Positions 28,203 to 38,172 are shown, numbered from the stretch's first letter. The stretch: DNA of 64,000 nt from an uncultured Bacteroidaceae bacterium (GCA_964479445.1 CAYZMH010000003.1:49858-113857), one strand, 5' to 3'. Notes: generated by a model from the letters alone, not told the origin. Numbers and translations are program-made.

Positions 28203-29402
28203 TTATGTGGTAAGCGTTTCCCCGAAATGTTTTCCGAAGGCTCTGAAATCGGCCTCTTTTTCGCTGGTGGGAAAAAATTTGGCCGCAATGCTGTTTCGTA
28301 TATCGAATTTCAGGTTGGACAAATGGTTCTCGATGAGTTTCACTGCCTCCCCGCTCCAGCCGTAGGACCCGAAGACAGCAGCGGGTTTGTTTTTATCCCG
28401 GATCGGGTTCATTACGCTGAATAACTTATAGATCGGCAGCAGGGTGTTCTGGTTGATGGTGGGTGAACCAATGATCACGGCGTCAGCACCAACCAGCTTC
28501 TGTTCCATGTCACCCAGCAGCATGTTTTCGATATCGGCCAGTTCAACCTCAAGGTTTTTATTTTCCCTGATTCCTTCGGCAATCTGTTCCGCCATGGTTT
28601 TTGTATACCCGTAGGCAGAGATATAGGCAACCAGGATCCGGTTTTTCTGCCGGGTTTGTTCCAGGTACTCTTCCGCCATCTTCCGGCTCTGTTCCACGCG
28701 GGTTCGCCAGGTAGTGCGGAGGATGGGTCCATGGCCCGGACAGACTGCATCCAGGGGCAGGTCCTTTATTTTATCGATGGCTTTCAGCATGAATTTGCTG
28801 TAGGGTTTCAGGATCACATCGAAATAGTAGATAAACGAGTCTTCATAGTCTGCAACCAGGTTGTCGAACATGCGTTCATCGGAAAAGTGGGCACCGAATG
28901 AGTCGCAGGTAAAGAGCAGTTTATCTTCTTCCAGGTAGGCATAAATAGAATCGGGCCAGTGGAGGTTCGGTGCACCGATGATCCGGAGGGTCATATTGCC
29001 CAGGTCAATGGTGTCCCCGTCTTTCACCTTCTGGCTTTTAAAGGGTTTTTCCATCATTTCTGACAGGTAATTGATTGCCTGTCCGCTCCCCACTACCGTG
29101 GCATTGGGTGCCTTTTCCAGGATATACTTGAGGGAACCCGAGTGGTCGGGTTCTGTATGGGTGCATATCACATACTCGATTTCAGAGAGATCGGTAAGGG
29201 CTTCGAGCTTTTCCCTGTATTCGTCCCAGAACGACTCTTTCACTGTATCGATCAGGGTTTTCTTTTCCGCATCTATGCAATAGGAGTTATAGGTGGTTCC
29301 GAACTCAGTCTCCATGACGATATCAAATGTAACGATGTCTTTGTCATGAACCCCGGCCCATGTTACATGGTCGGATACTTTCAGAATGCTGTTTTCGTTC
29401 AT
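28203..29402 (-). CDS. flavodiiron protein (metallo-beta-lactamase-like domain plus flavodoxin domain; O2/NO reductase family)
   Basis: The start was moved to MNENSILKV at 29402. The diiron site motif is HTEPDHSG. The flavodoxin-like C-terminus has ILVAYISAYGYTKTMAE. A TAnnTTTG box lies 20 nt upstream. Confidence 0.85.
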   Translation of the reverse strand: MNENSILKVSDHVTWAGVHDKDIVTFDIVMETEFGTTYNSYCIDAEKKTLIDTVKESFWDEYREKLEALTDLSEIEYVICTHTEPDHSGSLKYILEKAPNATVVGSGQAINYLSEMMEKPFKSQKVKDGDTIDLGNMTLRIIGAPNLHWPDSIYAYLEEDKLLFTCDSFGAHFSDERMFDNLVADYEDSFIYYFDVILKPYSKFMLKAIDKIKDLPLDAVCPGHGPILRTTWRTRVEQSRKMAEEYLEQTRQKNRILVAYISAYGYTKTMAEQIAEGIRENKNLEVELADIENMLLGDMEQKLVGADAVIIGSPTINQNTLLPIYKLFSVMNPIRDKNKPAAVFGSYGWSGEAVKLIENHLSNLKFDIRNSIAAKFFPTSEKEADFRAFGKHFGETLTT

Positions 29403-29421
29403 AGTCTGTATGATTTTGATG

Positions 29422-29429
29422 CAAATATA
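29422..29429 (-). promoter_or_regulatory. Bacteroidota-type -7 promoter box (TATATTTG) for the flavodiiron gene
   Basis: The reverse complement of caaatata is a perfect match to the sigma-A -7 consensus TAnnTTTG. It lies ~20 nt upstream of the ATG at 29402. Confidence 0.4.
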
Positions 29430-29461
29430 ATAAAGTAGCCTGTCACGTAGCAGGCAGCAAC

Positions 29462-29494
29462 AAAAAAAAGGAGCTGCTCTAATGGAGCAGCCCC
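29462..29494 (-). terminator. rho-independent terminator downstream of the small Lys-rich protein gene
   Basis: The minus-strand RNA reads GGGGCUGCUC-CAUUA-GAGCAGCUCC followed by U8. Confidence 0.7.
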
Positions 29495-29561
29495 TGAAAC
29501 TCACAATCTGACTGTAACGGATCTATCTATTAACTTTAACCGCGAAATTAGGTTTTACATG

Positions 29562-29801
29562 TTATTCTGAACCGCCACCGCAAGTCTTCTCGCATGGAGC
29601 CTTTTTCTTAGCTTCTTTTGCTTTTTTGCTTTCGGCTTTCGTACTGCAATCCTTGGATTTTTTATCCTTGGATTCTTTTTTCTCAGGATCTTTGTCGGCA
29701 AGAGTTATCGCGATAGTTTCCTGACTGGTAGCTGCAAATGCAGGTGCACTGATACCTCCCATAAAGGCTACAAGTGCTAAAATTGCTAATACTTTTTTCA
29801 T
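29562..29801 (-). CDS. small secreted Lys/Glu-rich protein with 3 Cys; function unknown
   Basis: 79 aa. The signal peptide is MKKVLAILALVAFMGGISAPAFA. The mature part is highly charged (KDPEKKESKDKKSKDCSTKAESKKAKEAKKKAPCEKTCGGGSE). The gene has its own terminator. Confidence 0.55.
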   Translation of the reverse strand: MKKVLAILALVAFMGGISAPAFAATSQETIAITLADKDPEKKESKDKKSKDCSTKAESKKAKEAKKKAPCEKTCGGGSE

Positions 29802-29895
29802 AACTTCAAATTTTTTTGGGTTCGCATTTGCTAAGATAGGGCAAAGAGAAACCGCTTCCTGTTAACGCGGTGTTAAAAACAGACAAAAAAGTCTT

Positions 29896-30549
29896 TTATT
29901 TTAACCGGGCGACAGGAGTTGTCCCGCCTTTTGTTTGCTGGCCTTGCCTGACAAGGATTTCCACGTTTTCAGGCAGGAAGAGATCGAGCCGGGATCCAAA
30001 CCGAATGAATCCCATTTCGCCGGATTGGAGAACAGCATCCCCCGGTTTGGGGTAAAATTTGATTCTCCGTGCCACAAAGCCTGCAATTTGCCTTACAAGC
30101 AGGGTGATCTGACTGTTTTGAATGACGATGGTGTTTCGCTCGTTAAGGGTGGATGATTTAGGGTGTCTTGCTACCAGGTATTTTCCGGGATGGTAGCTGT
30201 AGTGAATAAGGGTGCCGGAGACAGGAAACCAGTTTATATGAATGTCGTGTATACTCATGAAGATAGAGACCTGGATGCGCTGGTCGTGGAAGTATTCTCC
30301 TTCCCGGGTCTTTTCGATGACTACGACCTTACCGTCGGCCGGGGCCAGAACCAGGGATTCATCAGCGGTGAACCTGCGCCTGACAGGGATCCTGAAAAAG
30401 CGGAACATCATCAGGAGCAGAACCAGGAGGGTGAAGGCAAGGGGTATGCCGGCATAAAGGGGCAGGGTAGCTAAAAGGAGCAGGGCACCCGGTATAGCTG
30501 CGAGTATACTTATGTACAATATGGTGTGTCCTTCCCTGTGAAATTTCAT
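29896..30549 (-). CDS. psd: phosphatidylserine decarboxylase proenzyme (short Bacteroidota/Firmicutes type)
   Basis: 217 aa with N-terminal TM helices. The self-cleavage region is GFIRFGSRLDLFLP. It overlaps cdsA by 4 nt. Confidence 0.85.
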   Translation of the reverse strand: MKFHREGHTILYISILAAIPGALLLLATLPLYAGIPLAFTLLVLLLMMFRFFRIPVRRRFTADESLVLAPADGKVVVIEKTREGEYFHDQRIQVSIFMSIHDIHINWFPVSGTLIHYSYHPGKYLVARHPKSSTLNERNTIVIQNSQITLLVRQIAGFVARRIKFYPKPGDAVLQSGEMGFIRFGSRLDLFLPENVEILVRQGQQTKGGTTPVARLK

Positions 30550-31367
30550 GAGAGCAGCGACCAGATTGAGATCATACCGAACATGACCGGGGCAGCAAAC
30601 ATCAGGGAGTCGAACCGGTCGAGTGCTCCCCCGTGTCCGGGAATCAGGTTCCCCGAATCTTTCACCCCGGCTTCCCTTTTCAGGCGGCTTTCAAAGAGGT
30701 CACCCATAATGGCGGCGATACTGATAAGGATAGCCAGTATGACCCAGAGCAACAGGGAATAGCTCCGGGTAGTGAAATAGAGAAGTATCCCGGTGCCTGC
30801 TGCAAAGAGAAGTCCCAGGGCTGTTCCCTCCCAGGTTTTGGAAGGTGAAATGGATGGCCAGAGCAGGGTTCTGCCCAGCATCTTGCCAAATACAAATGCT
30901 GCGGTATCGTAAGTCCAGACAAGTGCCAGGAGTGCACCGGGTAAAAGGGAATCATAAGGTTTGTCCGGAGGTATCCATCCCAGTGCTAAAAGGAAGAGCA
31001 TGGTTCCGGTTACCCAGATCATACCCCAGGTAAGCAGGGTCATCTCCCGCAGCGAGCTGTGTCGTTTGACAAGGGTATATAGGGTAAAAAAAATGATCAG
31101 GAACATGGGCAGTGCGATCAGCCAGCCTGCCAGCAGACGGTCGGTGATGACCAGGTAGAAAAGAAAGAGGAGGGTCTGACCGGTGATCATCAGCAGGATG
31201 AAGAGCAACTGGTGTCTGATTCGGAACATATTCCTGAACTCCAGGAAGCTCAGGGTAAAGATCAGGAGGGAGAGCAGCAAGAAAGCGATCTCTCCCCAGA
31301 GGATCGAACCTGCGACCAGGGCGATCAGGAATATTCCGGAGATCGTTCGCAGGATGAGGTTTCTCAT
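30546..31367 (-). CDS. cdsA: phosphatidate cytidylyltransferase
   Basis: 273 aa, polytopic. The CdsA signature is SRLKREAGVKDSGNLIPGHGGALDRFDS. Confidence 0.88.
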   Translation of the reverse strand: MRNLILRTISGIFLIALVAGSILWGEIAFLLLSLLIFTLSFLEFRNMFRIRHQLLFILLMITGQTLLFLFYLVITDRLLAGWLIALPMFLIIFFTLYTLVKRHSSLREMTLLTWGMIWVTGTMLFLLALGWIPPDKPYDSLLPGALLALVWTYDTAAFVFGKMLGRTLLWPSISPSKTWEGTALGLLFAAGTGILLYFTTRSYSLLLWVILAILISIAAIMGDLFESRLKREAGVKDSGNLIPGHGGALDRFDSLMFAAPVMFGMISIWSLLS

Positions 31368-31570
31368 CTGTTTTCGTATTCCTGGATAAGTTTTTTACTC
31401 CTGATAACGTTATTACGGTGGACGTATAATTCGATATCCCCGAACTTGTAAAAAGAGTCTTTCTTATTCATAATGAAGGCTGTGATCTCGTTGTCAGTTA
31501 ACATTTGCTTTACGATTTCAGCCTCGTACAACTGATCGGTGCTGAATATTCTCACCAGGTCGTCACTCAT
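31364..31570 (-). CDS. DUF2007-like small protein (putative signal-transducing fold)
   Basis: 68 aa. The pattern VRIFSTDQLYEAEIVKQMLTDNEITAFIMNKKD is typical of DUF2007. It overlaps both neighbours by 4 nt. Confidence 0.55.
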   Translation of the reverse strand: MSDDLVRIFSTDQLYEAEIVKQMLTDNEITAFIMNKKDSFYKFGDIELYVHRNNVIRSKKLIQEYENR

Positions 31571-33822
31571 TGATCCGGTTTTTCTTCTTGTTCTTTTTTA
31601 GTCGTATTCTTCTGTCCTGATGTTTTTGCCTGCCTGTTACTCTTTGTTCCGGAGGCTGCCGGGGCCTTCTTCTTTTCCTCCTGTTTTGAAGATGTTTTTC
31701 TGCCCGTACCTTTTTTCGCCGTACCTTTTCTTTGTGTTGATGAGGCGGAGGATTTGGAAGCTGACTTATTTTTTTCTGAGGCATTCCCTTTTTCAGTTGT
31801 GTCAAGCTTCTTTTTCTTCTCCTTGGCCTTTTGTACCTCCTTCTGTTTCTCTTCCTCTTCCGGGGTTTTCCAGGGGCGTTCTCCAAAAATCTCTTCCAGG
31901 TCATCGCTGAAAATCACCTCTTTGTCCAGGAGCCTTTCAGCCAGTTTGGTAAGTCCCTGCTTGTTCTTTTTCAGGATATCAAGGGCACGCTGGTACTGGG
32001 TTTCAATGATCCTGTCCACTTCTTCATCGATCAGTTCGGCAGTCTTTTCACTATACGGTTTATTAAACGAGTATTCTGATTGCCCGGAGGAGTCGAAATA
32101 GCTTTTATTACCTAGCTTTTCGCTCATACCGAAGTATGAGATCATGGCATAGGCCTGCTTGGTGACCCGTTCCAGGTCATTCAGTGCACCCGTGGAGATT
32201 TTACTGAAGTTCAATTGTTCGGAGGCCCTTCCTCCCAGGGTAGCACACATTTCGTCTGCCAGCTGTTCGGTGGTTGTGATCTGCCGCTCTTCGGGAAGGT
32301 ACCAGGCTGCCCCCAGTGCCCGTCCGCGGGGGATAATGGTGACTTTAACAAGCGGATTGGCATGTTCAAGCAGCCAGCTTACCGTGGCGTGGCCTGCTTC
32401 ATGGAATGCGATGGTACGTTTCTCATCTTTCTTAATCACCTTGTTCTTCTTTTCCAATCCGCCGATGATCCGGTCGATGGCATCCAGGAAATCCTGCTTG
32501 TCCACTTTATCCTTGCTGTTCCTGGCCGCGATAAGTGCCGACTCGTTGCATATGTTGGCGATATCAGCGCCCGAAAAGCCAGGGGTTTGTTTGGCAAGAA
32601 AGTCCACGTCTACCGAATCAGCGATCTTCAGCGGTTTCATATGGACCTTGAAGATCTCTTTCCGTTCGTTCAGATCGGGAAGTTCAACATGGATCTGCCG
32701 GTCGAACCGGCCTGCCCTCAGCAGGGCTTTGTCCAGCACATCTGCCCGGTTGGTGGCAGCCAGGATGATCACGCCGCTGTTGGAGCCGAAGCCATCCATT
32801 TCGGTGAGCAGCTGGTTGAGGGTGTTTTCCCGCTCATCGTTGCCCCCGAAATTGGGATTGCGGCCCCTGGCGCGTCCAACGGCATCGATCTCATCGATAA
32901 ATACAATGCAGGGTGCTTTCTCCTTTGCCTGTTTGAAAAGGTCACGTACCCTGGAGGCTCCTACGCCCACGAACATCTCCACGAAATCGGAACCTGACAT
33001 GGAGAAGAACGGAACGTTGGCTTCTCCTGCAACAGCTTTTGCCAGCAAGGTTTTACCACTTCCCGGAGGTCCGACCAGCAGGGCTCCCTTGGGTATTTTG
33101 CCACCCAGTTCGGTATATTTTTTCGGGTTTTTCAGGAATTCGACAATTTCCCGGATTTCCACCTTCGCCTCTTCCAGTCCGGCCACATCTTTAAAGTCGA
33201 CTTTAACGTGGGTATCCTTGTCGAAAATCTGGGCCTTGGACTTACCCACGCTGAAGATGCTGTTGGCACCACCGCCACCCGGACCACCGCCGCTCATCCG
33301 CCTGAGCATGAAGACCCATATACCCAGGATGAGCAGGAATGGCAACACCCAGAGCAGGATCTCTCCCAGGTAGTTCTTCCGGGTAACTGTTGTATAGGCC
33401 GGCCGTTTTTCGGGCGGCAGTTCGTTCATAATCTCATTGAGGTCCTGACCGAAGACATCGGGAAAGACAATATTGAAATAGTATTGCGGAATACTTTGTC
33501 CGAATACAGTATTCGTGCGTTTATCCCGCACCTCCTGGTAGCGGGGTTCGGAGAGACGTTCGGGTTTAATGTAGATCTCCACTTTCTCTTTGTTCACGAT
33601 TACGATCTTGTCTACATCGCCATCGCGCAACATTTTAAAAAAGGTATTGGAGTCGGTCTCCACCATCCCCCCGGAAGAGCCTACAAATTGCAGTCCCAGG
33701 AGAAAGAGCACGATAATACCAATGATCCAATAGGAATTGAATTTTGGTTTATTATCGCCTTTGTTTGATCCGGGCGTGGTACCACCGGGTCTTCCCGGCC
33801 TGTTTGTATTTTGATTTGACAT
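31567..33822 (-). CDS. ftsH: ATP-dependent zinc metalloprotease FtsH with a long basic C-terminal tail
   Basis: Walker A is [13 protein letters not shown]. The second region of homology and the zinc site HEAGHA are present. I chose the start [10 protein letters not shown] at 33822; the track start at 33846 would overlap rsfS. Confidence 0.92.
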   Translation of the reverse strand: MSNQNTNRPGRPGGTTPGSNKGDNKPKFNSYWIIGIIVLFLLGLQFVGSSGGMVETDSNTFFKMLRDGDVDKIVIVNKEKVEIYIKPERLSEPRYQEVRDKRTNTVFGQSIPQYYFNIVFPDVFGQDLNEIMNELPPEKRPAYTTVTRKNYLGEILLWVLPFLLILGIWVFMLRRMSGGGPGGGGANSIFSVGKSKAQIFDKDTHVKVDFKDVAGLEEAKVEIREIVEFLKNPKKYTELGGKIPKGALLVGPPGSGKTLLAKAVAGEANVPFFSMSGSDFVEMFVGVGASRVRDLFKQAKEKAPCIVFIDEIDAVGRARGRNPNFGGNDERENTLNQLLTEMDGFGSNSGVIILAATNRADVLDKALLRAGRFDRQIHVELPDLNERKEIFKVHMKPLKIADSVDVDFLAKQTPGFSGADIANICNESALIAARNSKDKVDKQDFLDAIDRIIGGLEKKNKVIKKDEKRTIAFHEAGHATVSWLLEHANPLVKVTIIPRGRALGAAWYLPEERQITTTEQLADEMCATLGGRASEQLNFSKISTGALNDLERVTKQAYAMISYFGMSEKLGNKSYFDSSGQSEYSFNKPYSEKTAELIDEEVDRIIETQYQRALDILKKNKQGLTKLAERLLDKEVIFSDDLEEIFGERPWKTPEEEEKQKEVQKAKEKKKKLDTTEKGNASEKNKSASKSSASSTQRKGTAKKGTGRKTSSKQEEKKKAPAASGTKSNRQAKTSGQKNTTKKEQEEKPDQ

Positions 33823-33835
33823 CGTTCTTCTCGTT

Positions 33836-34210
33836 TTACGTAACATCCTCTATTTTTTCAATCTTACCATCTGCCCAGAGTTCTTCAAGATTATAGAAGT
33901 TTCGTTTCTCTTCAAGGAAGATGTGTACCAATATTTCGAAGTAATCCATCAGTACCCACTGGCAGTTGTCTGTCCCTTCAACGTGATGGGCAATAATCCC
34001 CGCTTTTTGCTTAAGATTTTGCTGAACCTCATCCACAATGGCATCAACCTGCGTCGTAGAAGTACCGTGGCAAATGACAAAATAATCGCTTATGGAGTTG
34101 TGTATATTCTCTAGATTAATGGATATCAGTTCTTTCCCTTTCTTTTCCTGTATCGCCTCCAGGATGAGATCTAATTTTTCAGTTGTGCTTTTTTCGCCGT
34201 TATTCGTCAT
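33836..34210 (-). CDS. rsfS: ribosome silencing factor RsfS (iojap family)
   Basis: 124 aa with a DYFVICHGTSTTQVDAIVDEV...WVLMDY pattern. This is the conserved position upstream of ftsH in Bacteroidota. Confidence 0.85.
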   Translation of the reverse strand: MTNNGEKSTTEKLDLILEAIQEKKGKELISINLENIHNSISDYFVICHGTSTTQVDAIVDEVQQNLKQKAGIIAHHVEGTDNCQWVLMDYFEILVHIFLEEKRNFYNLEELWADGKIEKIEDVT

Positions 34211-34224
34211 TATTAATCCCCTGT

Positions 34225-34232
34225 CAAAGGTA
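34225..34232 (-). promoter_or_regulatory. -7 promoter box TACCTTTG for rsfS-ftsH
   Basis: The reverse complement of caaaggta is a perfect TAnnTTTG match, 14 nt upstream of the rsfS ATG. Confidence 0.4.
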
Positions 34233-34347
34233 ACGTTTTTTAGTGATTTCTATAATCTTATAATCATCTACAAAAATAATGGTATTTTTAAGACATGTTG
34301 CTTTCTCTTTTGTTTGACACGGACCAAAAAATCTCAAAAACTGTACC

Positions 34348-35082
34348 ATGGAGTATACATTGAGCCATTTAGGCACCACCGGTTCAACCAACAGGGAAGC
34401 CCGGGAGCGAATAATGGCAGTGCCGGTCGGCTCTCACACCTTTTTAACTGCTGATTATCAGACGGAAGGGCAGGGCAGGGGAGGTAATCAGTGGTATAGT
34501 GAACCGGGCAGAAACCTGTTGATGAGCTGGATCTCCTTTCCTGCATTTTTGTCAGTGCCTACACAGTTTCAGCTCTCCAAGGCTGCATCGCTGGCTATTT
34601 GCGAACTTCTTACCCCGCGGGTTGGTTCTGTTGCCATCAAGTGGCCCAACGATATTTTAGTGGGTAACAGGAAGGTCGGTGGAATCCTGATCGAGGTGAA
34701 TGTACAGGGATCATCCATCAGGAATGCCGTAACGGGCATTGGACTGAATGTTAATCAGGAAGTGTTTCCCGGTTTTCCTTTCCCGGCTACCTCGCTCTAC
34801 CTGGAAACCGGTCGGACTATGGAGATGGAACCATTGCGGGACGAGTTAATTCGCCTGCTCCTTGACCGGTATCGTGAACTGGAGCAGGGCGATCACCGCC
34901 AGATTGACAAAGTTTATTTGTCGCGTCTATACGGAATGGGTCAGTTACGTTCTTTCAGGACCGAGGGGGAATTAATAGGAGGTGAGATCACCGGTTTGAG
35001 TGAAACCGGGGAGCTGTTAGTCCGTAGCATGGGCAAAGAGCGATCCTACGGCATGCATGAAATCGCTATGCTTCATGACTAG
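34348..35082 (+). CDS. birA: biotin--[acetyl-CoA-carboxylase] ligase (no DNA-binding domain)
   Basis: 244 aa. Signatures are GQGRGGNQWYSEPG and KWPNDILV. Confidence 0.85.
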   Translation: MEYTLSHLGTTGSTNREARERIMAVPVGSHTFLTADYQTEGQGRGGNQWYSEPGRNLLMSWISFPAFLSVPTQFQLSKAASLAICELLTPRVGSVAIKWPNDILVGNRKVGGILIEVNVQGSSIRNAVTGIGLNVNQEVFPGFPFPATSLYLETGRTMEMEPLRDELIRLLLDRYRELEQGDHRQIDKVYLSRLYGMGQLRSFRTEGELIGGEITGLSETGELLVRSMGKERSYGMHEIAMLHD

Positions 35083-35489
35083 GACGGAAATTCGAATTTC
35101 TCCATCTGGTCGACCAGGGATTCCGCAAATTGCCTCAGTGGTGACTTAATCATTGGGAGAAGGAATTGGCTGACTTCGGGCTGCACGGTAATCTTTATGC
35201 GGGTGTCTTCCGGACTCACCTCCTTAAGCTGGATCCACAGGGTGAAATTGTATTGTGAAATGTCTTTATCGCTGGTTATCTTCACCAGGGAATGGGGCTC
35301 TTTCTCCTGGATGCGCATCCCCATTTTACCCACCGGGGAAACGGTAAACTGACATTGATCCTTATCCGATTGCCAGTCTTTTACACTCTCACCGGGAATT
35401 AGTCCTTCCAGGTTGTTTAAATCGGTGATAAACTGGTAGATATTGCTTGCGGGGCAGGTTGATTTTCCTATGCGGCTTTCAATTTTCAT
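35079..35489 (-). CDS. SRPBCC/START-like small protein
   Basis: 136 aa. The length and alternating strand pattern fit SRPBCC proteins, but there is no diagnostic catalytic motif. Confidence 0.45.
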   Translation of the reverse strand: MKIESRIGKSTCPASNIYQFITDLNNLEGLIPGESVKDWQSDKDQCQFTVSPVGKMGMRIQEKEPHSLVKITSDKDISQYNFTLWIQLKEVSPEDTRIKITVQPEVSQFLLPMIKSPLRQFAESLVDQMEKFEFPS

Positions 35490-36126
35490 GGGTCACTCCT
35501 TTCCAGTTGGCGGGATCTTCTCGCCATTGTTGCAGTATATTCAGATCCTCTTTCTTTATTTGTTTTTGCTCCAGGGCTGTTTCCAGCAATGTGTGGTAAT
35601 TACTCAGGGTATCCAGTGGCACGTTCTCCTCCTCGAACCGGGTGTGTGTCTCTGCAAAACCATAGGAAAAGATGGCTGCCATTCCAAGGATCGTAAACCC
35701 AGCTTTCCGCAGGGCCGCCACTGCTTTCAGGCTGCTTCCACCGGTGGAAACCAGGTCTTCGATCACCACTGCTTTCTGTCCGTTGGATACCACTCCTTCG
35801 ATCAGGTTTTCCAGTCCATGTTTTTTTGCACTGCTTCTGACATACACAAAGGGCAGGTTTAATGCTTCTGCCACCAGGGCTCCCTGTGCAATGGCCCCGG
35901 TTGCCACCCCTGCGATGCATCCGGCATCGGGGTATTTTTGCCGGATCAGCTCAACGAAAGCATCTCGTATCTCAGAACGGATAACGGGGTAGGAGAGGGT
36001 TTTTCGATTGTCGCAGTAGATCGGTGATTTCCACCCCGATGCCCATATAAATGGAGTTGCAGGTTCGAGTTTAATTGCTTTACTTTGTAGCAGGAGTTCC
36101 GCAATTCGTCTGGAATTATTCATCAT
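35479..36126 (-). CDS. pyrE: orotate phosphoribosyltransferase
   Basis: 215 aa. The PRPP-binding motif is AVVIEDLVSTGGSS. Confidence 0.88.
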   Translation of the reverse strand: MMNNSRRIAELLLQSKAIKLEPATPFIWASGWKSPIYCDNRKTLSYPVIRSEIRDAFVELIRQKYPDAGCIAGVATGAIAQGALVAEALNLPFVYVRSSAKKHGLENLIEGVVSNGQKAVVIEDLVSTGGSSLKAVAALRKAGFTILGMAAIFSYGFAETHTRFEEENVPLDTLSNYHTLLETALEQKQIKKEDLNILQQWREDPANWKGVTHEN

Positions 36127-36133
36127 TCAGCAA

Positions 36134-36748
36134 ATGTATAAAGTTTTTTTCAAGGACAGAACAGTATATTTTGGGGATGATTTTTCAAAGGCATTTGGAA
36201 AAAACAAGGGACTTTTCTACCGTTACAATAATATACAGGAGCTTACTGAACTGATCGATGTCTTCTTCGTCCTGAAGAAGATAGACCAGTTATATATATT
36301 TCACGATGATATTCTCACCCTTGTGGAGGAGTTTAAGGCCTGTTTCAGAATAGTGGAGGCAGCCGGAGGGGTGGTGCTCAACGATTCGGGTCAGTTTCTT
36401 ATCATGAAACGGGATGGTATCTGGGACCTGCCCAAAGGAAAACTGGAAGAGGACGAAGATTTTGAGATGGCGGCTCTGCGCGAGGTGGAAGAAGAGGTGG
36501 GAATTAACGGATTGCAGTTGAAGCAACCGATCATGTCCACGTATCACACCTATCACCTGGAAGAGAACCGGGTTCTTAAAAAGACCAAATGGTTTGAAAT
36601 GACCTATACGGGAGATGCCGATCCCGTTCCGGAGACAGCTGAGAATATTACGGAGATCAGGTGGGTTAATCCCGGTGAGACAGGTTTTATTCGTGAAAAT
36701 ACCTATCCCAGTGTCCTTGATGTGCTCTACATCAAAGATCTTCTCTAG
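36134..36748 (+). CDS. NUDIX hydrolase
   Basis: 204 aa. The Nudix box is GKLEEDEDFEMAALREVEEEVGI. Confidence 0.8.
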   Translation: MYKVFFKDRTVYFGDDFSKAFGKNKGLFYRYNNIQELTELIDVFFVLKKIDQLYIFHDDILTLVEEFKACFRIVEAAGGVVLNDSGQFLIMKRDGIWDLPKGKLEEDEDFEMAALREVEEEVGINGLQLKQPIMSTYHTYHLEENRVLKKTKWFEMTYTGDADPVPETAENITEIRWVNPGETGFIRENTYPSVLDVLYIKDLL

Positions 36749-38171
36749 TACGCATAATTCTGAAAAGTTGTTCTTCAAAGCCCTCCGAGGGGAGGGTTGC
36801 CGGTGACTGAATGAGTTTGCCATCCGGACCGATCAGGTAGGAGGTTGGGTAGGCTCTTACATTATAGGACTCCAGGAGGTTGTAATCATTCCCGAAGTAG
36901 AGGGTTTCCCAGTGGTAGTCGTTCCGTTTCATAAACTGCACCATCTTTTCATGACTTTCGGCTATCATAATCGTCACTATATCAAGGTACTCTTTATGTT
37001 TCCGGTACATTGATTCCAGGTATGGGTACTCCATCATGCAGGTGTAATTATCGGGGCTGCAAAAATTGAGGTAGATGTATTTTCCTTTGAAATCTGAAAG
37101 GCTTTTGCTAATTCCGTTTCGATCGGAAAGACTGAATCCGGGAGGTGGTGTGCCGATCATTAGATTGGTGAGTTTTTCATGAACTCCGCGGGCCAGCTTT
37201 GTATAGGAAGGCATTGAGGGATTTGCCTGCAGGGAGTCAAGGATGATCAACAACGCCTCCTTGTAGAAATAATCCTCGTAGAAGTGCTCTTTTACTTCTT
37301 TAAGGATCACCAGGTCTGCAATGGTATCGGATGGTATTGCAGGATGGTTCCTGAGATTTTTTCTTAATGCCTGCAGGTTGTGTTCCCGGTTAATTACCCG
37401 AAGCAAATTATTTCCTGCAGGAGTTCGTGCAAAAAAGAAAAGAAATTTGTCGTACATCTTGTTGAACAGCTCCATGTAGGCAGGATTGGCTAAAGCCGGA
37501 ACCGGACTCCGGAGGTATTGATCGTGGAGATATTTTAATTTCTTATCCCCGCTGTTGATCTGGAGCAGTCCGTACCGGTAGTGCCGGTAACGCTCAAAAT
37601 AGCCGGAAGTGTCATTCCTGTATCTCTGTTCCACCGTTTGTACCAGGGAATCGGTATGGTATTCCTTATTTTTTCTGCGAGCCTCCATGAGTTCTTTGTT
37701 CCTGGCAAAGATCAGTGTGTCAAAGCGAAATATCCTGGTATTCAGGTCTGAGGGAGGCTTGATGAGATTGCTGTCAGGGAGGGATCGCTGTTCTTTGACC
37801 CTCAGATGTACGCGCAGAGGTTCGAAATATGGATTTCTTTTGTCGGTTTCTGTTATCTCCCTGCGTGGTGGTAAATATACCCGGTAGAGGTTACCTGGTT
37901 CGACCAGCAGAATAGTGCGGAGAGCCCCCATATTCATGCTGATCCAGGAAAAGGGCTCTGCTTCAAAGCAGGCGCGGAACGCTCCCTGATCGTCAAAATA
38001 GAGCGTATCCAGGGTTTTCGTGGCACCGGTAAAGGGATTGGAGATCGTGTATATCCGGAACGATTCACCGCTGTATTCAGGATTTTCTCCTTCCACTATT
38101 ACTTTTTGTCCCGGACTTTTTGAACTGATCATAGCTGTCAGAAGCAGCATGAACAGGAATCGTATGCGCAT
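36732..38171 (-). CDS. secreted thioredoxin-fold (TlpA/AhpC-TSA-like) protein with a long N-terminal domain
   Basis: 479 aa with a signal peptide MRIRFLFMLLLTAMISS. The C-terminal ~140 aa have a TlpA-like layout (FKGKYIYLNFCSPDNYTCMMEYPYL...YPTSYLIGPDGKL), but the CxxC is replaced by C-x7-C. Confidence 0.6.
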   Translation of the reverse strand: MRIRFLFMLLLTAMISSKSPGQKVIVEGENPEYSGESFRIYTISNPFTGATKTLDTLYFDDQGAFRACFEAEPFSWISMNMGALRTILLVEPGNLYRVYLPPRREITETDKRNPYFEPLRVHLRVKEQRSLPDSNLIKPPSDLNTRIFRFDTLIFARNKELMEARRKNKEYHTDSLVQTVEQRYRNDTSGYFERYRHYRYGLLQINSGDKKLKYLHDQYLRSPVPALANPAYMELFNKMYDKFLFFFARTPAGNNLLRVINREHNLQALRKNLRNHPAIPSDTIADLVILKEVKEHFYEDYFYKEALLIILDSLQANPSMPSYTKLARGVHEKLTNLMIGTPPPGFSLSDRNGISKSLSDFKGKYIYLNFCSPDNYTCMMEYPYLESMYRKHKEYLDIVTIMIAESHEKMVQFMKRNDYHWETLYFGNDYNLLESYNVRAYPTSYLIGPDGKLIQSPATLPSEGFEEQLFRIMRTREDL

Positions 38172-38172
38172 T

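Noticed and set aside
31563-31904. 113 aa Lys/Arg-rich minus-strand ORF overlapping the ftsH 3' end in another frame
   Set aside because: It arises from the low-complexity AAG/AAA-rich DNA that encodes the FtsH basic tail. The FtsH frame is continuous with the conserved protease domain.
32159-33373. 404 aa plus-strand ORF (and 32215-32997)
   Set aside because: It is antisense to the AAA+ and protease core of ftsH. It is a Ser/Arg/Leu-rich shadow ORF.
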